IMG/VR virus record: IMGVR_UViG_3300035670_013167
Location: 1 to 64,000 of that record
Strand: one strand, 5' to 3'
Source of the DNA: a virus
Length of the DNA: 64,000 bases
The translations under genes were made by a program, and so were the position numbers. Numbering within the stretch: the first letter of the stretch is position 1; each line of letters starts with the position of its first letter. The notes beneath the pieces are model-generated. The model worked only from the letters and a program-made list of their open reading frames with translations. It was not told where the DNA came from and did not search any database. Shown here one piece after another: positions 57,481 through 64,000 of the stretch.

Positions 57481-57831
57481 TCATTTTACTTCGCCAAAAT
57501 ACTTTCCGCTAGAAATATCATCAATTTGCCTATAGGGAGTTTTGCCCATATGAGATTTTTTTTCAGCGTTTTTTCTTTGATCTCTAACTCCACCAGGCCT
57601 ATCCATATTCCATTTATGTCTATAATCATGACCTTTAGAGTCACTATGCCAACGATCTGTCCCAACTGGATTCGTAAATTTGACAGAAGGGCATCCTATT
57701 AATTCACATATTTTTTTTGACTTGCATTTTGGACACTTGCTCTTTTTTACAACAATTTCTTTTTCGGACATCGAAGCCCAAATGTCGAAATTTTCTTTGC
57801 ATTTTTCGCATTCAAATTCATATCTTGGAAT
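57481..57831 (-). CDS. FmdB-family zinc-ribbon protein with probable ATT start
   Basis: (ATT)PRYEFECEKC...CPKCKS; GAGGTG SD; TATAAATA at 57851-57858. Confidence 0.75.
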   Translation of the reverse strand: MPRYEFECEKCKENFDIWASMSEKEIVVKKSKCPKCKSKKICELIGCPSVKFTNPVGTDRWHSDSKGHDYRHKWNMDRPGGVRDQRKNAEKKSHMGKTPYRQIDDISSGKYFGEVK

Positions 57832-57863
57832 AACGCACCTCTTTCTTTTGTATTTATAATAGT

Positions 57864-58115
57864 TTATTCTTCGTCTATTCCATCAACTAATTTTTCAAGA
57901 AAAGAATAAGTTTTTTTAATTAATTTTATTTTTTTTTCTATGCTATAAAACTTCCAAAAAAAAGAATTTTCACAAATTTTAATTGCAGAACCAATTAGGT
58001 TTTCATTTTCAAGCGGAAACTGTGCCATAGAAAAAAAATCAGGCCCTTGAATGAACTTTTCTTCATCTTCGTAATCTTCGTTCTCTTCGTCTTCTCCAAA
58101 ATTAAATCTTTTCAA
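57864..58115 (-). CDS. Hypothetical protein
   Basis: Probable TTG start (TTGA overlap) after AGGAGG. Confidence 0.65.
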   Translation of the reverse strand: MKRFNFGEDEENEDYEDEEKFIQGPDFFSMAQFPLENENLIGSAIKICENSFFWKFYSIEKKIKLIKKTYSFLEKLVDGIDEE

Positions 58116-58600
58116 AAGGACCCTCCTACTAGTTGTTTGTATAAAGGACAAGCTTGCTCCCATATATTTAATACAGCATATTCATTAATTGTTAAATCAT
58201 ATGTAGAAAATCTTTTTAAGGCGTTTTCAAAAGGCGGCTTCTTAATGTTTGCCCATTTATATAGTTCAAAAGAGCCACATCCGTATCTATAATCCACAAA
58301 AACAGAAGAAATATTTGTTTTTGAGGAAACGACATCTAATAAATTTCCATTAAATTCACGAACAGCCACTACTGATGGCTTTATTTTTTTTATAAAATTG
58401 TTCTTAACTTTAGTTTTCTTTCTAAGAAATCTTACTCGTGCTTTATTCGCCCAATCAAACAAAAAAGAATTGCCAACAGATATAAAAATATCTGCATTGG
58501 GGAGTTGTTTTTGCAAAGAGTACCAAGAAGCAAAACACATCCAAGAATCACAAAAATTAGAATCGCATTCTATAATTATAGACAGATCTTTGTCTTCCAT
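58112..58600 (-). CDS. Hypothetical protein
   Basis: 162-aa ORF. Confidence 0.7.
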   Translation of the reverse strand: MEDKDLSIIIECDSNFCDSWMCFASWYSLQKQLPNADIFISVGNSFLFDWANKARVRFLRKKTKVKNNFIKKIKPSVVAVREFNGNLLDVVSSKTNISSVFVDYRYGCGSFELYKWANIKKPPFENALKRFSTYDLTINEYAVLNIWEQACPLYKQLVGGSF

Positions 58601-58612
58601 AACATAAAATAG

Positions 58613-58744
58613 TCAAACTGTTCTTTTAATTAATTTGATTTGAGGTTTTGCTGGCTTAAACATTCCTCTGGGGTGAATAATATTAGGTTTTGCACCAGAT
58701 CCTTTTCCACCTTCTCTTATTAATAACCATTCACTAAATTTCAT
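58613..58744 (-). CDS. Small basic protein with capsid-targeting-like N-terminus (43 aa, not in ORF track)
   Basis: MKFSEWLLIREGGKGSGAKP...; ATGA overlap. Confidence 0.65.
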   Translation of the reverse strand: MKFSEWLLIREGGKGSGAKPNIIHPRGMFKPAKPQIKLIKRTV

Positions 58745-59031
58745 ATTTTTTTATTATTCATTAATTTTTCTTTATTTTTTTGATCTACTTTATCTGCCAC
58801 GTCTTTTATTTTTAGTATGTCGTCCGGCGAAGAATTTGGATCCATAACGGCTTGCTGAGCTACGTTTTGAAGAGCTTTAGCAGGATCTTGTTTTTGCTTC
58901 ATAGCTCCAACCAAAGCATTTTTAACATTCATTTGAATTTTTTTCTCATCATCCTTCTTTTTTACATTATTCAAATTATTAGAAGGTTGAATTTCTTCTT
59001 TTATTTTAAGCCATTCTGTAAATTTAATCAT
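58741..59031 (-). CDS. Hypothetical protein with capsid-targeting-like N-terminus (MIKFTEWLKIKE)
   Basis: CATAAATA 4 nt upstream of ATG 59031. Confidence 0.7.
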   Translation of the reverse strand: MIKFTEWLKIKEEIQPSNNLNNVKKKDDEKKIQMNVKNALVGAMKQKQDPAKALQNVAQQAVMDPNSSPDDILKIKDVADKVDQKNKEKLMNNKKI

Positions 59032-59038
59032 ATAATAT

Positions 59039-60361
59039 TTATGCTTTATCTTCATTTTTTATTTTAGATATAATTGAAGAAGTAGAATAACCAGGCTCAT
59101 TTGGAATAATTACTACTTCTGCCAAATCTTTTCCAACCACATCGTTCACAGAGTAATCAGAACCCTTTACAATAATATCCGGTTTTATTTTATTAATTAA
59201 TTCATAAGGAGTATCTTCTTCAAAGATAATCACTTCGTCAACAAACCTTAAAGATTCAAGCATTTTTTTTCTTATATCTTGATTATTTACAGGCCTGTCT
59301 TTACCCTTTAATTTTCTTGTAGATTCATCTGAATTTATGCCAACTATTAATTTATTGCCTAATTCTTTAGATTTACTCAAACTTTCCAAATGCCCAGAAT
59401 GCAATAAATCAAACACGCCTGACGTGAAAATAACCTTGTTAAACAAATTATTTGGTTCTATTGGTTTATTAAATTTATTCTTAACATAAATTGAAGCTCC
59501 ATCAAAAGCAATTTCTATTGATTTGTTTATAGAAAAGTCACTAAGTAATCCAGAGCACAATAAAGAAATAAAACAATCACCGGCTCCTATAACAGAAACA
59601 GCCTTTGTAGAGCTTTTTGGAAAAAATTCAAAATAATTATTTTCTACACAACCAACAACTCCTTTTCCTTCTATAGTTATCACTATAATTTCACAATCAG
59701 TATCTTTCTTTATAACTTCTATCTGGTCTTTCCAGTGTTCTTTACCAGTTAGTTCAAAAGCTTCTTTGTAATTAGGCTTTATTAAATCACACCCTCGCCA
59801 TTTAGAAATTGGACCCTTTTTTGGATCCACTATCTTGAATGCATTTTGCAGAGAATCAAACATTTTTTTTATTTCAAAATCATTAAAAATTCCCTTATTG
59901 TAATCCGAAAAAATTACAGCGTCGAATTTGTAAACTTCTAAATTCTTAGAAATCTTATTTTGAAAAAAATTCAATTGACTTTTTGTCAAATTATAATTTT
60001 TAGATTCGACATCAATTCTACACAAAGGAAAATCATTTTGATAAAATCTTTTTTTTCTAGGAACTTTAGAAAAATAAGGAAGCAAAACACTAAATTCTGT
60101 GTTTATGAAACTAAATTCAGACAACAAATCATAAATTTCTAAATCTAAAAATCCAAAATAAAATATTTCTTTGTTAAAATTTAAAAATTGATAACAAACA
60201 TTTGTAGCGCCACCTAATAATCTTTTATCAGGAAAGTAATTTTCGCAATTTAGAATTGGTATAGGAAATTCAGGACTAATTTTTTCTGCATTTACAAAAT
60301 GATAATCATCTATTATTGCATCGCCAACAACTGCTATTTTCTTATTTTGTAAATTAAACAT
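59039..60361 (-). CDS. hldE: Bifunctional heptose-7-phosphate kinase / heptose-1-phosphate adenylyltransferase
   Basis: VVGDAIID, ISPEFP, GGATNV, SDYNKG, IKPN, GAGD; FTSGVFDLLHSGH, GINSDES, KGSDY, STSSII. Confidence 0.9.
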   Translation of the reverse strand: MFNLQNKKIAVVGDAIIDDYHFVNAEKISPEFPIPILNCENYFPDKRLLGGATNVCYQFLNFNKEIFYFGFLDLEIYDLLSEFSFINTEFSVLLPYFSKVPRKKRFYQNDFPLCRIDVESKNYNLTKSQLNFFQNKISKNLEVYKFDAVIFSDYNKGIFNDFEIKKMFDSLQNAFKIVDPKKGPISKWRGCDLIKPNYKEAFELTGKEHWKDQIEVIKKDTDCEIIVITIEGKGVVGCVENNYFEFFPKSSTKAVSVIGAGDCFISLLCSGLLSDFSINKSIEIAFDGASIYVKNKFNKPIEPNNLFNKVIFTSGVFDLLHSGHLESLSKSKELGNKLIVGINSDESTRKLKGKDRPVNNQDIRKKMLESLRFVDEVIIFEEDTPYELINKIKPDIIVKGSDYSVNDVVGKDLAEVVIIPNEPGYSTSSIISKIKNEDKA

Positions 60362-60887
60362 GAATATATTTTATAATTCTAAATTTAGACGAATCAATCA
60401 ATACAGAATCAACTTTCCAATCAGACCAATTTGCATTTGGAAACTTAACATCGCCCTCGTATTCTCCTTGGACATGAGTGACAATCATTGTTTTTACAAA
60501 TTTAGAATCTAAGCTTTCTTTAAATAATCTATATCCGCCTATTATAAATATTTGTTTATCGGCAAATAAATTTAAACAAATATTCATTGCTCCATCAAAA
60601 TCAGGAACCACAAAAAAATCCAAAGAATTAGAATGACCATCTACTAAAGTCTTCATAAAAAGATCAGGATCGGCCCAATACTTTGAAGAAATTATTATAT
60701 TTTTTCTATTTGGAAGAGGCCTAAATTTATTTGGCAAACTTTCCCAAGTATTTCTGCCCATAACACAGATGTTATTGGTAGTTAGTTTCTTAAAATTAGC
60801 CAAATCATCTGGTATGTGCCAAGGTATAGAATTTTTATATCCTATATTATAATTTTTATCGAATGCTACAATTATGTTTGCTATCAT
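60354..60887 (-). CDS. folA: Dihydrofolate reductase
   Basis: IG..NSIPWHIPDD..FKKLT, MGRNTWES, RPLPNR, IIGG, GDVKFP. Confidence 0.95.
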   Translation of the reverse strand: MIANIIVAFDKNYNIGYKNSIPWHIPDDLANFKKLTTNNICVMGRNTWESLPNKFRPLPNRKNIIISSKYWADPDLFMKTLVDGHSNSLDFFVVPDFDGAMNICLNLFADKQIFIIGGYRLFKESLDSKFVKTMIVTHVQGEYEGDVKFPNANWSDWKVDSVLIDSSKFRIIKYIHV

Positions 60888-61756
60888 ACAGCTACGGGTA
60901 TATTTATTTTTTCTAATGGATTGTATTCTGATAAAATAAAATCATCAATATTATAAGAAAAAATATCTTTTGATTTTTTTATCAATAGTTTGGGAGAATC
61001 GGGTGGATTTTCTCTAGAGAGGTACTCTTCAACAGACTTGATTTGATTTTCATAAATATGGCAATCCCCCATAAAATGAATAAATTCAAAAGGAGTGCAA
61101 TTAGTTTGTTGAGCGAGCATAATGATTAAAGAACTATAAAACTGTATATTGGCCGGACATCCTATAGGAGCGTCTACAGATCTCTGGTAAAGAATTCCAG
61201 AAAGATTCCTATTGTCATCAACAAGAACTTGAAAAAGCATATGACAAGGAGGCAAACGCATTTTCTCTAAATCTTTTGGATTCCATAAAGTCCAAAGAGT
61301 TCTCCGGCAAGAATGATCTTGTTTTATTCTTTCTACTACGAATCTTAACTGATCAAAACCGCCGTGGCCATAATAAGGACTTTGATGAATTCCCTTGTTA
61401 TAATTTCCGCCAAAATGTCTCAGTTGAAAACCATAAACGGGACCGAAAACCTCTTCTTCAAAACCATGATTTTTTTCAAATTCTTTATCAACCCAAGGAG
61501 TCCAAAAATTACAGCCTATTTTTTTCAAGTCTTTATTAGAAGTTGATCCAGACAAAAACCAAATCAATTCTGCGAAGACTGACTTGGGCCAAACTTTTCT
61601 TTTAGTTATTATTGGAAAATAACCTGTATTCAGCTTATATCTAGCTGACATTCCAAATACAGATAATGTTTTTATATTCGTTCTCTTGTTTGTCCTAGAA
61701 ACTCCATGATCCAATATTTCTTGAAGACAATTATCGTAAGGATGACAAATATACAT
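60884..61756 (-). CDS. thyA: Thymidylate synthase
   Basis: ELIWFLSG, GPVYGFQ, LPPCH, YQRSVD...PAN, DCHIY. Confidence 0.96.
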   Translation of the reverse strand: MYICHPYDNCLQEILDHGVSRTNKRTNIKTLSVFGMSARYKLNTGYFPIITKRKVWPKSVFAELIWFLSGSTSNKDLKKIGCNFWTPWVDKEFEKNHGFEEEVFGPVYGFQLRHFGGNYNKGIHQSPYYGHGGFDQLRFVVERIKQDHSCRRTLWTLWNPKDLEKMRLPPCHMLFQVLVDDNRNLSGILYQRSVDAPIGCPANIQFYSSLIIMLAQQTNCTPFEFIHFMGDCHIYENQIKSVEEYLSRENPPDSPKLLIKKSKDIFSYNIDDFILSEYNPLEKINIPVAV

Positions 61757-61930
61757 CTAAATGGGCCTTTCCTAAAGCGATCCTTTGGGCTTCGAACCCA
61801 TCAGTCCCAAAAGACAGGATCAATAATGAGGTAGTTCATCGAATTTATCAACTCAGTCGGCACCACCTCAAACCGCTATGGTTTTATCCATAAGTAGGGC
61901 TTTAATGTGTCACATTTGCCTGATCAGGTC
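61757..61930 (-). ncRNA. Candidate structured 5' leader RNA of thyA-folA
   Basis: Visibly GC-richer intergenic stretch with 5-6 stems and a T-loop-like TTCGAAG; TTGATT-N16-TATAAT upstream (61935-61962). Confidence 0.45.
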
Positions 61931-61935
61931 ATCTA

Positions 61936-62037
61936 TTATATTGTTTTTATATAATTAATCAATCCAAGTATTATTTCAAAAAACTTCCACAATCCCAAAG
62001 GAAGTAATATTAACCAAGTATAAAAAACAAACAACAT
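61936..62037 (-). CDS. Small hydrophobic peptide (33 aa, not in ORF track)
   Basis: MLFVFYTWLILLPLGLWKFFEIILGLINYIKTI. Confidence 0.4.
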   Translation of the reverse strand: MLFVFYTWLILLPLGLWKFFEIILGLINYIKTI

Positions 62038-62062
62038 AAAATTAATTACTATATTTGCTCTA

Positions 62063-62755
62063 TCATTTTTCAATTTCTTGAACATAATTAATTTCTACAA
62101 TTCCATTTTTTATCAACAAATAAGAACAAGGATTTTCAGTCCAACATCCGCTATTATAATAATGAACTTTTTCAGAATTATCACAAGTTGCAAAATGACT
62201 GTGTCCGCAACAAATAATATCGCACTTTTTAGCAAAACAATACTCTTTCGCTCTTTTGCAAATTTGCTCAGAACACCTTAGAAAAGTCTTGCTGTTTCTT
62301 TTGGCCAATCTAGACCAATAGAAATCTTTATCAATTTTTTGTAAAAATCTGTAGATGTTGTCTGCTATTTTTGTTAGTCTTGGATATTTCGATATAAAAT
62401 TATCAAATATATCGCCATGAATAATTAGTATTTTTTTATCTCCGCTTGTAAAGCAATATTCGCTTACAAAGTCAACTCCTATTAAATGAGAAATAATTTC
62501 AGAAGGGCCGTCATGATTACCGTTTATCCATATAACTTTTAATATTTTAGATAATTTTCTTATATCAGATAATATCTTCCATTGATTTTTTCTTAGTTTT
62601 CTAAAATCCCAACTATCAAATAAATCTCCGTTGATAACTAATTTTTTAGAAGGTATTTCTTGAGATTGTATTTTCTGTAGAAAATCAATAAGATTTTTAG
62701 ATTGACATACGTTACTGCCCAAATGAATATCACTAATTATTATTGCGTCGTTCAT
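62063..62755 (-). CDS. LpxH-like (UDP-2,3-diacylglucosamine hydrolase family) metallophosphoesterase
   Basis: ISDIHLG, NGDLFD, GNHD, HGD.FD, CGHSH, YYNSGCW. Confidence 0.85.
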   Translation of the reverse strand: MNDAIIISDIHLGSNVCQSKNLIDFLQKIQSQEIPSKKLVINGDLFDSWDFRKLRKNQWKILSDIRKLSKILKVIWINGNHDGPSEIISHLIGVDFVSEYCFTSGDKKILIIHGDIFDNFISKYPRLTKIADNIYRFLQKIDKDFYWSRLAKRNSKTFLRCSEQICKRAKEYCFAKKCDIICCGHSHFATCDNSEKVHYYNSGCWTENPCSYLLIKNGIVEINYVQEIEK

Positions 62756-62900
62756 TTTTCTTTTCTTTGGGCCATTTTCTTCTAACTAGTCCAATTCCAA
62801 CGGGCATTTTATAAGGAGCAATATCTCCAACTCCTCCTGTGGGTACAGAAGACATTGTTCCAGATTCTAATAATTTTAGCCATTCTTTAAAAGATTTCAA
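62733..62900 (-). CDS. Small protein with capsid-targeting-like N-terminus (55 aa, not in ORF track)
   Basis: TTG start after GGAGG; MKSFKEWLKLLESGT... Confidence 0.65.
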   Translation of the reverse strand: MKSFKEWLKLLESGTMSSVPTGGVGDIAPYKMPVGIGLVRRKWPKEKKNERRNNN

Positions 62901-63280
62901 ACTATTCCTCCCATACTAGGATCAGCTTGTGGTTGGTCTTGCCCTTGCATTATTAATTTTTGAAGATCATCCATAGAAATCAAAAACTTTTCATCTGATC
63001 TTGGTTTAACTTTTTTATCATCTACATAATTAATATTTTTAATTTTCGGATCATTTATTTGTTTCACCAAAACATGAGTAATTTTTCCATTATCATTTTT
63101 TTTAAAATCTAAAATTGAATAAGGGCCTATATTAGTAATATTAGAGCCAAACGAAAAAAAAGAGGCTACTTTAGGGTCTTTTTTAAAATCATCCGGGTGT
63201 ATGCCGAGTTGGTCTCTTAGAGCAGAAAAATAATCTTCTTCTTCGTTTTTCAAAAAATTACTAAAAGATAAATTGTTCAT
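62897..63280 (-). CDS. Hypothetical protein with capsid-targeting-like N-terminus (MNNLSFSNFLKNE)
   Basis: 127-aa ORF. Confidence 0.7.
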   Translation of the reverse strand: MNNLSFSNFLKNEEEDYFSALRDQLGIHPDDFKKDPKVASFFSFGSNITNIGPYSILDFKKNDNGKITHVLVKQINDPKIKNINYVDDKKVKPRSDEKFLISMDDLQKLIMQGQDQPQADPSMGGIV

Positions 63281-63309
63281 AATTAATATATATGATCGGA
63301 GGCTTTTTT

Positions 63310-63699
63310 ATGAATTCACCAAATTTTTCTAATTTTAGACAATTATTAGACTTATGGGATAATAAAAAAACTGATTTCAATAAAAAATGTTTTATGGAAG
63401 ATAATAATTTAGTTTTTTTCTTCAAGAAAGACAAAACTTTATACGGAGCCTCAGAAAACAGCAGATTAGTCTTCGCAAGAATGAAAAATCCAGAACCAGA
63501 AGATAAAAAATGGAGCAAAGATGCAACGTTTTCGGCATATAATTTAGAAGAAGAAAAGCCAAATGAAATAGTTTTTGGAGAAAAAGATTTAGATAAAATC
63601 AAAGTAATGGACCAAGAAAAAGCAGAAAAAGAATTAGATAAAAAAGGCAAAAAAATGCCTTCAATGAGCGATTCAAATGACTCTGTAGAAGAAAAGTGA
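63310..63699 (+). CDS. Hypothetical protein
   Basis: GGAGG SD before ATG 63310. Confidence 0.7.
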   Translation: MNSPNFSNFRQLLDLWDNKKTDFNKKCFMEDNNLVFFFKKDKTLYGASENSRLVFARMKNPEPEDKKWSKDATFSAYNLEEEKPNEIVFGEKDLDKIKVMDQEKAEKELDKKGKKMPSMSDSNDSVEEK

Positions 63700-63700
63700 A

Positions 63701-64000
63701 TTAACTTTTATATAATTCAATATCTTTTTTACTTAATTTTATAAATTTTTCTTCTTTTATTCTTTCGTAAAATTCATAATCTAATCTATAGAAATCATTT
63801 AGTTCACGAAGCTTTTCTTGATTTGAAGGAAAATAATCTATTTTTATTTTTTTACCTTCTATAATTTGTGTCAGATGTCCAGAATTGTCCTGTTTAAGTT
63901 CAAAATTTTCTAATTTAGTGACTTTATTCAAATCTTCAATCAAGCTATTCCACTCTCCAAACAAATAAACATTAGTATTTTCAGTAAAAAAATCAGTTTG
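63701..64000 (-). CDS. 5'-partial protein, possibly a sulfotransferase-family C-terminus
   Basis: Frame open to the window edge; FYRLDYEFY resembles sulfotransferase C-termini. Confidence 0.4.
   Translation of the reverse strand, partial: QTDFFTENTNVYLFGEWNSLIEDLNKVTKLENFELKQDNSGHLTQIIEGKKIKIDYFPSNQEKLRELNDFYRLDYEFYERIKEEKFIKLSKKDIELYKS

Noticed and set aside
61779-61821. tRNA gene suggested by GGGTTCGAAGCCC
   Set aside because: Only a T-arm-like hairpin; no acceptor stem, D arm or anticodon arm with proper spacing.
61779-61821. Hammerhead ribozyme suggested by CTGATG in a three-way junction
   Set aside because: The core would need CUGANGA and GAAA at the junction; the sequence has CUGAUGG and CCAA instead.
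1413-63650. Many 60-150 aa ORFs antisense to well-supported genes (e.g. 36467..36919, 44631..45074, 15307..15660, 63261..63650)
   Set aside because: Fully overlap recognisable genes on the other strand and lack RBS or motifs.
1-64000. Bacterial chromosome origin, or a firm host assignment
   Set aside because: Housekeeping homologs are isolated from their usual operons and mixed with virion-type genes and late-promoter boxes, which favours a jumbo phage. The host phylum cannot be established without phylogenies or CRISPR-spacer matches.

Overview
AT-rich, densely packed, mostly minus-strand 64-kb segment that reads as part of a jumbo/huge tailed-phage genome. Support: T4-like TATAAATA boxes, PhoH, thyA-folA, dCMP deaminase, virion-type proteins, many host-derived auxiliary genes, and no rRNA, tRNA or ribosomal-protein operons. 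Host-derived genes include bS21, IF3, peptide deformylase, DnaJ, GroES, a ClpP-like protease, two sigma-70-family proteins, the prkA-yeaH-spoVR operon, an aldehyde dehydrogenase, IscA, RmlB/RmlC, HldE and several glycosyltransferases. Three LAGLIDADG inteins sit in PhoH, DnaE and PrkA. A TnpB-only IS200/IS605 element has ends that can be reconstructed exactly. Most striking observations: (1) the DNA polymerase III alpha gene is split into two distant genes, and its 5' part is interrupted right after the PHP HxH motif by a TAG-containing 8-nt insert preceded by a perfect 12-bp hairpin, a candidate translational bypass or other recoding signal; (2) about ten unrelated proteins share an N-terminus resembling the T4 capsid-targeting sequence; (3) a plant-type (GT96/GT95-like) protein O-glycosyltransferase co-occurs with mucin-like Thr/Pro proteins and sugar-nucleotide genes; (4) several structured RNAs are candidates (CsrA-type GGA hairpins, a promoter-terminator-bounded sRNA, a thyA leader), and one gene probably starts at AUU. 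All family calls come from motif recognition by eye; no database search was run.
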